Shown here: one piece after another, positions 28,420 to 38,610 of the stretch
How the letters are laid out: each line of letters starts with the position of its first letter
Position numbering within the stretch: position 1 is the stretch's first letter
From: Candidatus Eiseniibacteriota bacterium
GTDB lineage: Bacteria; Eisenbacteria; RBG-16-71-46; JABDJR01
DNA: 64,000 nucleotides
Assembly: GCA_963762255.1 (NCBI GenBank)
Contig: CAVXKA010000002.1
Span: 1,056,001-1,120,000, forward strand
Direction of reading: 5' to 3'
Notes under the pieces: generated by a model
Told to the model about the DNA's origin: nothing
The model's database searches: none
The model's input: the letters and a program-made list of their open reading frames with translations, nothing else
Translations under genes and position numbers: made by a program

Positions 28420-29921
28420 AGGTCGTGCCCGCAGTAGGAGAGGTTGAAGCTCTTGTTGCAGAGGGGAAAGTCGGAGATCTGCTGGCCCCGCATTGCATAA
28501 GCGAGACCGAACCAGTTGTGGAACGACGGGTCGATCACCTTGTACGAAGAGAATCGCCCGTCAGGGCCTGTGACGGCCACGTGACAGATCTCGCCGCGCC
28601 AGCCCTCGACCATCGATACCGCGAACCGGTCGGGGGGTAGGGCCGGCGCCGAGGCGACCCGCGTTTCCCCGGAAGGCAGCGCGTTCAATTGCTCGCGGAT
28701 GAACGCGAACGAGCGCTGGATTTCGATCGAGCGGATGCGCGCGCGACCGAAAACGTCCCCCTCGCGCCACGTGCAGGAGGGAATGTGGGAGTAGCGGTAG
28801 ATTCCGAACGGGTGGTCCTTTCGGACGTCTCGATCGACCCCGCACGCCCTCGCGGCCGGGCCCACCAGACCGATCTCCTCGCACACGTCCGGCGGGACGA
28901 TCCCGGTCCCCTCGAAGCGCGCCATCGCCGAGGGACTCTCCCAGAGGAGCGTGTCGGCGACCGAAAGGTCTCTCGCCGCAGCCTCCAGGCGGCGCCGCAA
29001 TTCATCCACCCGATCACGGTCCAGATCGAAGGCCACCCCGCCGGGGCGGACCCATCCTCGGCCGAACCGGCTGCCGCATACCAGCGCCGTCAGGTTCAGG
29101 ACGTCGCCCCGGATTCGCCCGCAGAAGGAAGCCGGCGGGAGAAAGCCGACGTCCCCGGACAGGGCGCCCAGATCACCGATATGGTTCGCGATCCGCTCGA
29201 GCTCCAACCCGATTCCCCGGATCGCCATTCCCCGCGGCGGCACGCCGACCCTGCCGATCGCTTCAACTGCCTGGCAGTACGCATGGGCGTGCCCCACGCT
29301 CGTGTCGCCGGCCAAAGTCTCCATGTAATGGATCGTTCTCTTGTCGGGACCGCCGACGAGAGCGCGCTCGATGCCCCGATGCTGGTATCCGAGCGAGATC
29401 TCGAGGTGCAGGACTTCTTCCCCGAAGCATTGGAACCGGAAGTGACCGGGTTCGATCACCCCGGCGTGCACCGGCCCGACGGCAACCTCATGGATCTCCT
29501 CGCCGCCGACCTGAAAGTAATCGGTCACTCCACACGGCGGCCGCTCCCCGACCTCCCCACCCCGCGGCGGCTCGAAACGAATCGGCTTGAGCCACGGATG
29601 TCCGTTCGGCTTCACCCCCCACTGTTCGGCCAGCTCTCGCTCGAACCAGTGGACCTGGGGGCAATCCGGCGTGAGGGCCTCGAAGGTCTGCGTCACGTCC
29701 GCCGCGCACACCGCCAGTTCCCCCTGAGCATCGTCGCTGAGAACCGCAAGGAGGCGCAGGGCCTGGCCACTCCCCGGCATGCCGAACAACGCGGAGACCC
29801 GCTCGCCCCGATGCACCGCCTCGACCATCGTCCGCCGAAACGCACCGAATGGCAGGACCGGAATGTCGGTCGTCGCGATCGAATCGCCGTTGCGCAGCGT
29901 GGCCAAGCGTCCGTCCGGCAT
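28416..29921 (-). CDS. ehrL: Ehr complex large subunit (NuoC+NuoD/HyfG-like, no NiFe CxxC motifs)
   Basis: GPVHAGVIEPGHFRF, GYQHRG, ETLAGDTSVGH replacing ERICGIC, DPSFHNW and C-terminal FPLCNKSFNLSYCGHDL. Confidence 0.88.
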   Translation of the reverse strand: MPDGRLATLRNGDSIATTDIPVLPFGAFRRTMVEAVHRGERVSALFGMPGSGQALRLLAVLSDDAQGELAVCAADVTQTFEALTPDCPQVHWFERELAEQWGVKPNGHPWLKPIRFEPPRGGEVGERPPCGVTDYFQVGGEEIHEVAVGPVHAGVIEPGHFRFQCFGEEVLHLEISLGYQHRGIERALVGGPDKRTIHYMETLAGDTSVGHAHAYCQAVEAIGRVGVPPRGMAIRGIGLELERIANHIGDLGALSGDVGFLPPASFCGRIRGDVLNLTALVCGSRFGRGWVRPGGVAFDLDRDRVDELRRRLEAAARDLSVADTLLWESPSAMARFEGTGIVPPDVCEEIGLVGPAARACGVDRDVRKDHPFGIYRYSHIPSCTWREGDVFGRARIRSIEIQRSFAFIREQLNALPSGETRVASAPALPPDRFAVSMVEGWRGEICHVAVTGPDGRFSSYKVIDPSFHNWFGLAYAMRGQQISDFPLCNKSFNLSYCGHDL

Positions 29922-31398
29922 CAGTGAATCCCCAGGGCGTGAATCGCATCGTTGATCGCCCCGACCAGACCCTTCGGGACCCAGAGACCGAGGGCCAGAA
30001 CCGTGAGCGCGAACACGGCGGGCGGGAGGGTGGACGAGAGCCGTTCGCGCCGCCGAGGACTCTTCTCGAACGCCTCGGGGGGACTCCGTGAGCCATCCGA
30101 AGCATCACCATCGCCATTCCAACGAACACCGCCCCCAGAAGCACGAGGTACGCCACGGCCAGGATATCGTGGTGCGCGTCCAGGATCCCTTTGAGGATCG
30201 TGAACTCGCTCACAAACAGCCCGAACGGGGGCGATCCCGTGATCGCGAAGAACCCCGCAAGCCACAGGGTACCGGTGACGGGTAGCAGGCGGAGGACTCC
30301 GGTCACCTGACGAGCGGACTTGGTCCGATAGGTGGCGAGGATGTTTCCGGCCAACAAGAAAAGCATCGCCTTCGTGAGGGAGTGGTTGACGATGTGGAGC
30401 AGCACCCCGAAGCTCGCGCTTCCCCCCACGCCGATCCCCAGACAAGCGATCCCCATGTGCTCCACGCTCGAATACGCGAGCATTCTCTTGTAGTCGGCCT
30501 GACCGATGATGAATACCGCGGCGACCGCCATCGATACAACCCCGAAGAGAATCAGAAGCTCGCCGCTGAACGCGGCCAGTCCCGCGGCCACGCACACGCC
30601 GTGCATGCGGAGAATGGCCAGGAACGCACAGTTCAGGAGCGCGCCGGACAGCAGGGCGGAGATCACCGACGGCGCCTCGCTATGGGCGTCCGGCAGCCAG
30701 GTATGCAGCGGAGCCAGGCCCATCTTCGTCCCGTACCCCACGAGCAAGAGGAGGAACGCGGCCTTGAGCCACGCCGGGTCGAGTTCTCCGGCATGCGCCA
30801 TCAACTCCGGAATCGTCAGGGATGATATCCGGTGCCCGACGGGACTCGTCGCGACCACCAGGAAGAAGTTTCCGAGCAAGGCGATGGCGATTCCGACCGA
30901 GCAGATGACGAGGTACTTCCAGGCCGCCTCGAGCGAGCGGTGATGTCGGTGGAAGTGAATCAAGGGGGCGCTCGCCAGCGTCGTCGCCTCGATTCCGACC
31001 CACATCAACCCGACGTGCCGCGACGCGATCACGAGGGACATCGTACCGAGAAAGATCAGGAGGCAGCCGATGAACGTGGCCTCGGGAGCGTTCGGGAAGA
31101 GGAAACCCTCCTCGATGTCCGCCCGCGGCTCGCGACCCTCGCGCTTGAGGTAGCCGATGCCGTACGCCGCCGCCACCAGGAACAGGGCGCTGGTGACGCT
31201 CAGGAAGAGCATCTCCAGCGAATCGAGGGCCAGCCAGCCGCCCAGGAACGTCAGCGGGCGCAGGGTCCACGCCGCCGCGGTCAGCCCCGCGTGCGCGACC
31301 GCCGCCGCCATGAGCAGGATCCGGCGAAGGGGATCGCTTCGCAGGAAGAACGCCAGCCCGCCGGCGACGAGAGGGGTCAGGATGATGGCCAGGATCAT
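29921..31398 (-). CDS. ehrD: Ehr antiporter-like membrane subunit (HyfF-like); frameshift in the G6 run near 30080
   Basis: EATTL, EAAWKY, GYGTKMGLAPLHTWLPDAHSEAP and KRMLAYSS motifs; C-terminus is in the frame of ORF 29921..30595. Confidence 0.85.
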
Positions 31399-31423
31399 GA
31401 GGTCCAGTGCTCTCCTCGGGTAC

Positions 31424-32068
31424 TCAGCCCTTCAGCTGTGATAGTCGATCCGTGTCGATATGGTCGAATTCGCGATTGATGTTGTAGATCATGATGCCCA
31501 TCACGAATACGGCCATGAACACATCCAGGAGGATTCCCATCTCCACCAGAAGCGGCTCCCTTTCCGCGAACGCGAGGCCGAAAGCGTAGATGCCGTTCTC
31601 CATGGCCAGATAGCCGAGCACCTGCGTGATCGCCATGCGTCGCGCGACGATGATGAACAAGCCGACCATGATCGTGTTGAAGGAAGCGACGATCAGGAAC
31701 TGAGAGCCGATTGGAGTCGGGAGCGGCAGCCGCCAGCCCAGCCACAGCGCCACCCCGAGAAGCCCGCCTCCGATCAGCAGCGACGGCGTGTACCCTACGA
31801 TCGGATCGAGTTCGCGCCGGATGTCGGCGCCTCGCACCGCCCGCGTAAGCAACCATGGGAAGACAACGCCCTTCGTGATAATGCTCACCCCGCCCTGGAG
31901 AACGACACGGAGCGAGAGATCGCCCGCATGCGCGAGCAGCGGGATCAAACCGAGGAGGATTCCCTGAACGGCCACGGTCCGGATGCTGGCGACCAGGCGA
32001 CTCGTGCTCAGCAGGCGAAGATTGCTGAGCACGACCAAGGCGATCGCGGCGTCGATCCAGTCTCTCAT
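31424..32068 (-). CDS. ehrC: Ehr membrane subunit (HyfE-like)
   Basis: Hydrophobic; QVLGYLAMENGI and EMGILLD motifs. Confidence 0.85.
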   Translation of the reverse strand: MRDWIDAAIALVVLSNLRLLSTSRLVASIRTVAVQGILLGLIPLLAHAGDLSLRVVLQGGVSIITKGVVFPWLLTRAVRGADIRRELDPIVGYTPSLLIGGGLLGVALWLGWRLPLPTPIGSQFLIVASFNTIMVGLFIIVARRMAITQVLGYLAMENGIYAFGLAFAEREPLLVEMGILLDVFMAVFVMGIMIYNINREFDHIDTDRLSQLKG

Positions 32069-32104
32069 CCAATCGCTCCCGTTTCTCCGTTTCCCGGCCG
32101 CCGT

Positions 32105-33019
32105 CTACTGGAGTACCAGCATGAGGGCAAGGCAGGAGAGAACCACAGCGGCCACCAGAAGCTGGGGCACCCGATTGAGCCGCACCCTTGCAAACGCCGA
32201 CTCGACGCAGCCCGTAGCGATCCCCAGCAGCACCATTCCGGCCAGAGCCGCTCCAAGGTCGACCGCGACCCGACCGGTGCGGACCGGTAGCGCGATACCG
32301 ACGACAAGCGCTCCCAGCGTCCACAACTTGAGCGCCCCAGCGTATTGCACGAACGCCAGATCGGGTCCCCCGTGGTCCAGGATCATCACCTCGTGGGTCA
32401 TGGTCAACTCGAGGTGGGTGTTGGGATCGTCGAAGGGGATCCGGGCGTTCTCGGCCAGGTACACCACGAAGAACGCGCAGGCGATCAGGAGTAGCGGCAG
32501 ACCGCCACCGGGTCCGAAATCGAACAGCCGCACCGCGGCGTAACCGTCCGAAAGCGAGTAGCTGCCCGCGCGCCGGGCCAGGGCGGCAAGTCCCACCAGC
32601 ACCGCCGGCTCGGCCAGAGCCGAGAAAGTGGCCTCGCGGCTCGCCCCCATGCCCTCGAAGCTCGAGCCGGTGTCCAAGGCCGCGAGCACCATGAAGAACT
32701 TCATCACTCCGAGAAGGTATGTGAAGAGCAGGAGATCGCCGGGAAAAGAGACGACGGCGCGCACTCCGGCAAACGGCACGAAGAGCAGCGAGGCACCCAC
32801 GGCGGAGAGACCGATCAGTGGTCCGGCGCGGAACACCCAGGTCGTGGTCCGGCTGTAGACCGCCCCTTTGCGGAGCAGCTTCCACAGGTCGAAGTAGGGT
32901 TGAAGCATCGGCGGACCATGACGGCCGGCGAAGATCGCCTTGGTCCGCCCGATGACGGCGAGCAAGAGCGGGGCGAGAAGCATCGCCGCGAGCAGGTGGA
33001 CGATTCCGGCGAGGTTCAT
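32105..33019 (-). CDS. ehrB: Ehr membrane subunit (NuoH/HyfC-like)
   Basis: GRHGPPMLQPYFDLWKL, DTGSSFEGMGASRE and RIPFDDPNTHLELTMTHE motifs. Confidence 0.88.
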   Translation of the reverse strand: MNLAGIVHLLAAMLLAPLLLAVIGRTKAIFAGRHGPPMLQPYFDLWKLLRKGAVYSRTTTWVFRAGPLIGLSAVGASLLFVPFAGVRAVVSFPGDLLLFTYLLGVMKFFMVLAALDTGSSFEGMGASREATFSALAEPAVLVGLAALARRAGSYSLSDGYAAVRLFDFGPGGGLPLLLIACAFFVVYLAENARIPFDDPNTHLELTMTHEVMILDHGGPDLAFVQYAGALKLWTLGALVVGIALPVRTGRVAVDLGAALAGMVLLGIATGCVESAFARVRLNRVPQLLVAAVVLSCLALMLVLQ

Positions 33020-33022
33020 GGC

Positions 33023-35041
33023 TCAGCCCAGCTTCCAGACCAGAAGCACGAGGAGCGTCAGGGCGATGTAGAGGACATAGCGCTGCAATTGCCCGCTCTG
33101 CAGCCACCGATGCTTCGAGAGAAGCCTGCCGACGCCGGTGAAGAGAGGCTCATACACTCTCTTGGTCATCGGATCCGGAGTGTGGGTGGACAGGGTGGAT
33201 TCCGCGGGAAACAGACCGCGGGGCGGCGAAAAGACCCGATGGGTCCGAAGGGCGAAGTGGAAGAGACTCGTGAGAGGTTGCGCGAATCCGGAAGCCGTGT
33301 ACTGCATACGAGCGTTCGGGGCGGCATAGCCGCAGTCCCAGGTCACGGCCGTCCTCGTGGGTCTCCCGGCCAGAAGCAGCCGCCGCAGAATGACCAGCGC
33401 GCCCAACATCAGCAGGAACGCTGCCGCGCCAAGAACGACCATGCGCAGCGGAGCCGCGGCCAATGCCGGCGTCACCAGATCGGCCGAAGTGAGGCCCGCT
33501 GCGGAAACCACGACACCGTGCATTCCGCTGATCACGACGGGACCGAGCAAACCGATCGCAACGCAACCGGCTCCCAGCAGGACCATCGGAAGGCGCATCG
33601 TCCAGCCCACTTCGACCGCGTCGGCCGCGCTGGAACTCCGGGGCTCGCCGAGAAACGCGATGCCGAACGCCTTGGCAAAGCACGCCGCAGCGAGACCGCC
33701 GATGAGGGCAAGTGCGCCCACCGCGATGGCCCCTGCCGCCGCCCCGGCGGGGCCGAGGGCGACGATGCCGTGAAGCGCTCCGAGGTAGATGAGGAACTCG
33801 CTCACAAAGCCGTTGAAGGGCGGCAACCCGCTGATGGCCGCCGAGCCGGTCAGGAACAGCGCGCCCGTCCACGGCATCTTCTTGAGCAGCCCTCCGAGGC
33901 GGTCGATCTCGCGGGTGTGGGTAGCGTGCGCGACGGCGCCCGCGCCGAGGAAGAGCAGCCCTTTGAACAGGGCGTGATTCGCGACGTGCAGGATGGCACC
34001 GCCGAATCCGAGATAGGCCATCGCCGGAAGGTCGTAGCTCTTGCCCAGAAGGCCAACGCCGAGTCCCAACGCGATGATGCCGATGTTCTCGACGCTGTGG
34101 TAGGCAAGCAATCGCTTGAGGTCATGCTGAGCGAGAGCGAAGAGGACACCCAGGAGCCCGGAGGTCACGCCGATGCCGAGAAGAGTCCACCCCCACCAGA
34201 GAGGCGGCGGTCCCAGAAACACCAGCGTGCGAACCAGTCCGTAGATCCCCGTCTTGATCATGACCCCGGACATCACGGCCGACACGTGGCTGGGGGAAGC
34301 CGGGTGCGCCTCGGGCAACCAGACATGCAACGGCATGAAACCGGCTTTCGTGCCGAAACCGACTACGGCGAGGAGGAAGGCGATGCCCGCCGTTCTGCCG
34401 GAGCCCGCCCCGATTCCGAATGCGTCGAAGTCCAGGGATCCGGAGGACTGCCCGAGGATCAGAAAGAGTACCAGCAGGGCGGCGGTGCCCAGGTGCGTGG
34501 CGATGAGATAGATTCGGCCGGCCCGTCGCACTTCCTCGGCCTCGTCTTCGAACACGACGAGGAAGTAGGAGGCCAAGGCCATGACTTCCCACGCGATGAG
34601 GAACAGCATGCCGTTCCTCGCGACCAGGACCAGCACCATGCTGGCCACCAGGGTGTTGAAGAAGAACCAGCAGGCCCCCAGGTTTTTCTTCCCGCTCCAC
34701 GCCCTGAGATAGCTCCCGCCGTAGACAGCGGCCAGGGATGAGAGCACCAGGACCGGCAGCATGAAGAACGCCGAGACCTGATCGACGCCGAGAGCGAACG
34801 ATCCCGCCGGAATGCTCCAGGGGGCCTGGAGTCGGATGGCCCTGCCGCTCACCAGAACCTCGACCGCCGCGAGAAGTCCGCCGATCGATCCGGCCAGGAG
34901 TCCCGCCAGGGCCAGTCCCGTCGAGAGGCGTTCCCGCCGATGGGTCAGAGCCGCAAGGATCCCGCCGGCCAGGATGATGCAGAGCGAAGCGAGGAGGGCG
35001 GCCATGGCCCACCCGATCCCGGGACCGTGCTCGGCGATCAT
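33023..35041 (-). CDS. ehrA: Ehr antiporter-like membrane subunit (HyfB-like)
   Basis: WEVM, KAGFMPLHVWLPEAHP, KRLLAYHSVENIG, PPFNGFVSE, WDCGY and RMQYTA motifs. Confidence 0.9.
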   Translation of the reverse strand: MIAEHGPGIGWAMAALLASLCIILAGGILAALTHRRERLSTGLALAGLLAGSIGGLLAAVEVLVSGRAIRLQAPWSIPAGSFALGVDQVSAFFMLPVLVLSSLAAVYGGSYLRAWSGKKNLGACWFFFNTLVASMVLVLVARNGMLFLIAWEVMALASYFLVVFEDEAEEVRRAGRIYLIATHLGTAALLVLFLILGQSSGSLDFDAFGIGAGSGRTAGIAFLLAVVGFGTKAGFMPLHVWLPEAHPASPSHVSAVMSGVMIKTGIYGLVRTLVFLGPPPLWWGWTLLGIGVTSGLLGVLFALAQHDLKRLLAYHSVENIGIIALGLGVGLLGKSYDLPAMAYLGFGGAILHVANHALFKGLLFLGAGAVAHATHTREIDRLGGLLKKMPWTGALFLTGSAAISGLPPFNGFVSEFLIYLGALHGIVALGPAGAAAGAIAVGALALIGGLAAACFAKAFGIAFLGEPRSSSAADAVEVGWTMRLPMVLLGAGCVAIGLLGPVVISGMHGVVVSAAGLTSADLVTPALAAAPLRMVVLGAAAFLLMLGALVILRRLLLAGRPTRTAVTWDCGYAAPNARMQYTASGFAQPLTSLFHFALRTHRVFSPPRGLFPAESTLSTHTPDPMTKRVYEPLFTGVGRLLSKHRWLQSGQLQRYVLYIALTLLVLLVWKLG

Positions 35042-35043
35042 CC

Positions 35044-35754
35044 CTACACACTCTCCGAGCCGGGCAGCGACTTCCCATGAATCCCGCTGTCTCCCGCCCG
35101 CCTCACCGCGTTCAGAATCTCCTCGCGCGTCGCTTGCCTAGCCAGGAGCGCTCTGAATTCCTGGTCGCGCAGCGCGTAGACAAGTCGCGAGAGCAAGTGA
35201 AGATGGGCGCGCACGGCGGGGCTGAGGATCGTGAACAGGGTATTGACGGGCTGGCCATCGATGGCGTTGAAGTCGATCTCGTGCTCCAGGAAACACAGGG
35301 CGACGGTCGGCTTCGGGATGTGCATCACGATCGGATTGCGCACGTGCGGGATGGCAATGCCGTCGCCCACCCCCGTCGAGGCGAGCGATTCACGCGCGAG
35401 GATCATCTCGAAGAGGAACTGCCGGTTGACCTCGTCCGGCAGCCTCATCAGATCCACAACCGCTTTCAGTACCGACGCCTTATCGGTGCCCGCGACCCGA
35501 TAGTGGATCCCTCCCGCCTCCAGGGCATCCGCCAAGGCGGGCAGGGGGACTCGAAGCGCATCCGCCGGATCGTCGAAGATCTCGGGAGATACGTTGATCT
35601 GGCGGGCGGTGGCCCACTCGAGCAGCTCCGCCCGGTTGAACCGGTAGAGCTCGTTGATCCGGTAGGCTGGGAGCTTGCCCTCCTTGATCCAGCGGTAAAC
35701 GGTCTTCTCGGACACGCTGAGAAGGCGGGCGGCCTCCTTGACCCCGAGTTGCAT
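35044..35754 (-). CDS. Regulator: excisionase-like HTH fused to a PTS EIIA domain
   Basis: VKEAARLLSVSEKTVYRWI HTH; RE..STGVGDGIAIPH phospho-His motif, IDGQPV and HLHLLSRL. Confidence 0.9.
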   Translation of the reverse strand: MQLGVKEAARLLSVSEKTVYRWIKEGKLPAYRINELYRFNRAELLEWATARQINVSPEIFDDPADALRVPLPALADALEAGGIHYRVAGTDKASVLKAVVDLMRLPDEVNRQFLFEMILARESLASTGVGDGIAIPHVRNPIVMHIPKPTVALCFLEHEIDFNAIDGQPVNTLFTILSPAVRAHLHLLSRLVYALRDQEFRALLARQATREEILNAVRRAGDSGIHGKSLPGSESV

Positions 35755-35787
35755 GCCTCTCGCTCCCTGTCATACCTGAACGACGTC

Positions 35788-35829
35788 GGACATTTTGAGA
35801 CAGATCGATAATTGTGTCCACGAATGTCC
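35788..35829. promoter_or_regulatory. Imperfect palindromic operator upstream of the ehr operon
   Basis: GGACATTTTGAGACA-GATCGATAATTG-TGTCCACGAATGTCC: two GACA boxes mirrored by two TGTC boxes. Confidence 0.55.
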
Positions 35830-35988
35830 ATATGGTCAAGCGCTTCTCGCACCTCGGGCGATGCCACGTCCCGCCGGGATTTGCGGACGGCGGAGGTTCG
35901 ACGCACCGCGCCGGCGCCGGTAGAATCCGGCGAGGACGTCTTGGGGTCGTCTCCGCTTCACAGGTGCGTTCACTCGAATGGGGTACTC

Positions 35989-36354
35989 GTGCTCAAGAAG
36001 AAACTGATCGTCGTCGGCGACAACGTGATGGTCCGCCCCGAGACCAAGGGGAAGACCCGCGCGGGGCTCTACCTGCCGCCGTCGGTGATCGATTCCGACG
36101 CGGTCATGGGCGGTTGGGTGGTGCAGGTCGGCCCCGGCCTCGCGATCCCCGACATGGCGAACTGGGACGAGGAGCCCTGGAAGCGCCGCGAGCAGCGCCC
36201 CCGCTACATCCCGCCGCAGGCTCAGGACGGCGACTTCGCGATCTTCATGCGCAAGGCGGCGGTCGAGATCACCTTCGAGGACGAGAAGTACCTCATCGTT
36301 CCCAACGGCGCGGTGCTCGCGCTGGTGAGGCAGGACCTGGCAGAGGAGCTCTAG
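35989..36354 (+). CDS. Stand-alone GroES-like co-chaperonin
   Basis: VVGDNVMVRP, KTRAGLYLP, VQVGPG, GDFAIF and EKYLIV motifs; start uncertain. Confidence 0.8.
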   Translation: MLKKKLIVVGDNVMVRPETKGKTRAGLYLPPSVIDSDAVMGGWVVQVGPGLAIPDMANWDEEPWKRREQRPRYIPPQAQDGDFAIFMRKAAVEITFEDEKYLIVPNGAVLALVRQDLAEEL

Positions 36355-36555
36355 CCCGGCGCCCGGGAGTCGCGCGACGTCCCGGATCGGCGCGGCGAGC
36401 GGGAATCCGGCCGCACCCGCGGGTCGCGCCGCGCCCCGCAGATTTCCCTTTGCCCTCGCCCCCACCGGCCCTACGATGTTTCCCGCCTTCGGCAATCCGG
36501 GCCCCGACCCCGGCTCGGCCTTGGCCCCTATCGGCACGCATGCGCACAACGCGCC

Positions 36556-38589
36556 ATGGAGGGCACGACGATTTCCAGGAAGCCTTGGACCATCCGTAAT
36601 TCCATCGAGCTCTACAACGTCGAGGGGTGGGGCAGCGGCTACTTCGGCATCAACGAAGCCGGCCAGGTCATGGTGAACCCCACCCACGATCCACAGGTGG
36701 GGTTCGACCTCTACGACCTCGCCCTCGACCTGCACCAGCAGGGAGTGGGCCTGCCGATCCTCGTCCGCTTCTCGGACATTCTGAAATCGCGCATCCAGAC
36801 CCTGCAACAGTCCTTCATGGCCGCCATCGGCGAGACCGGCTACACGAACCGCTACACGCCGGTCTACCCGATCAAGGTCAATCAGCAGCGACACCTGCTC
36901 CAGGAGATCGTCGAGCACGGGCGCGAGTATGGCGTGGGTCTCGAGGCGGGTTCCAAGCCCGAGCTGCAGGCGGTGCTGGCGCTGACCGAGGACACCTCCC
37001 ACATCATCGTGTGCAACGGCTACAAGGACGAGGAGTACATGCGCCTCGCCCTGATGGGGCAGAAGCTCGGCCACCAGGTGTTCATCGTTCTCGAGATGGT
37101 CCAGGAAGTGGACACCCTACTCAAGGTGGCGCGCGAGATGGACGTGGTCCCCACCGCCGGCGTGCGCATCAAGCTCGCCTCGGCGGGGTCCGGCCGCTGG
37201 GCGGAGAGCGCGGGCGAGAAGAGCAAGTTCGGGATGAACCCGTCGCAGCTCGTGCGGCTCTGGGACAAACTGCGCGCGGCGGGGTGCGAGGACATCCTCA
37301 AGCTGGTGCACTTCCATCTGGGCTCGCAGATCCCCGACATCCGCACGATCAAGGTGGCGCTCTCCGAGGCGGCCCGCTACTACGTGGAGCTGATCAAGAT
37401 CGGGGCCAAGATCACCCACGTGGACGTGGGGGGCGGCCTCGGCGTGGACTACGAGGGCTCGCGCTCGGCACGCGCTTCCAGCACCAACTACTCCCTGCAG
37501 GAGTACGCCAACGACATCGTCTACACCCTGCGCGACGTCTGCATCGAGAACGAGGTGCCGATGCCCCACATCATCACGGAATCGGGGCGGGCGCTCACCG
37601 CGCACCATGCGATGCTCCTCATGAACGTGATCGACGTGGAGAGCCAGCTCGTGGCTCCCACGATTCCGGTGGATCCCGAGAACGATCATCAGGTGCTGGT
37701 GACGCTCTGGGAGAGCTTGAACGAGGTCTCGGGGCGCAGCCTCCGCGAGGTCTACCACGACGCGATCTTCGCCAAGGAGAAGGCGCGCGACCTGTTCAAC
37801 TCCGGTGTGCTCGACTTGCGCGAGCTGTCGCGGGCGGAGCAGATCTTCCTGCAGATCATGGACGCGATCCTGCGCACCGCGGATCCGCAGGCGCACGACG
37901 ACATCGTGGCCGAGGTCTCGGAGGTGCTCACCGACCGCTACTTCTGCAACTTCTCGCTCTTCCAATCGCTCCCCGACAGTTGGGCCATCGACCACCTCTT
38001 CCCCATCATGCCCATCCACCGTCTGGACGAGGAGCCGATGCGCCGCGGCACGCTGCAGGACATCACCTGCGACTCGGACGGCCGCATCGACAACTTCGTG
38101 GGCGGACGGCGCATGAAGCACTCGCTCGACCTGCACGCGCTGCGTCCGGGCGAGCCGTATATCCTGGGCGTGTTCCTGACCGGCGCCTATCAGGAGATCC
38201 TGGGCGATCTCCACAATCTCTTCGGCGACACCAACGCGGTGCACATCCGCATGCGCGACGACGGCAGCTACGAGGTGACCGAGGTCGTCCACGGCGACAC
38301 CGTGACCGAGGTGCTGGAGTACGTGCAATTCCATCCCGCCGATCTCGTCTCCACCTTCCGGCGCAAGGTCGCGCGCGCGGTGGATCTGACCCGCCAGGAG
38401 GCCAACACCTTCATCGCCGACTACATGGAGGGGCTGGACGGCTACACCTACCTGGAGTCGCCGATCGAGATGGACATGGACGACGACGAGGAGACGAACG
38501 GGTACGAGGCGCCACCCAAGGCCGACAACGGCGGGAAGTGCGAGGAGAAGGTGCCGCCCAGCTCCGCGGGGATCCCGCGGAACCGGTAG
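36556..38589 (+). CDS. speA: Biosynthetic arginine decarboxylase
   Basis: YPIKVNQ, GLEAGSKPEL, HFHLGSQI, DVGGGLGVDY, TCDSDG and GAYQEILG motifs. Confidence 0.96.
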   Translation: MEGTTISRKPWTIRNSIELYNVEGWGSGYFGINEAGQVMVNPTHDPQVGFDLYDLALDLHQQGVGLPILVRFSDILKSRIQTLQQSFMAAIGETGYTNRYTPVYPIKVNQQRHLLQEIVEHGREYGVGLEAGSKPELQAVLALTEDTSHIIVCNGYKDEEYMRLALMGQKLGHQVFIVLEMVQEVDTLLKVAREMDVVPTAGVRIKLASAGSGRWAESAGEKSKFGMNPSQLVRLWDKLRAAGCEDILKLVHFHLGSQIPDIRTIKVALSEAARYYVELIKIGAKITHVDVGGGLGVDYEGSRSARASSTNYSLQEYANDIVYTLRDVCIENEVPMPHIITESGRALTAHHAMLLMNVIDVESQLVAPTIPVDPENDHQVLVTLWESLNEVSGRSLREVYHDAIFAKEKARDLFNSGVLDLRELSRAEQIFLQIMDAILRTADPQAHDDIVAEVSEVLTDRYFCNFSLFQSLPDSWAIDHLFPIMPIHRLDEEPMRRGTLQDITCDSDGRIDNFVGGRRMKHSLDLHALRPGEPYILGVFLTGAYQEILGDLHNLFGDTNAVHIRMRDDGSYEVTEVVHGDTVTEVLEYVQFHPADLVSTFRRKVARAVDLTRQEANTFIADYMEGLDGYTYLESPIEMDMDDDEETNGYEAPPKADNGGKCEEKVPPSSAGIPRNR

Positions 38590-38610
38590 CTGGAGCTTCG
38601 CGAGGACCGA

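Noticed and set aside
28416-29921. Calling this a true [NiFe] hydrogenase-4 or formate hydrogenlyase
   Set aside because: Both NiFe-binding CxxC motifs are missing, and there are no hyp, maturation protease or fdh genes in the window
35560-35754. Excisionase-like HTH as a sign of a prophage or integrative element
   Set aside because: It is fused to PTS EIIA as a regulator; no integrase, att repeat or phage gene nearby
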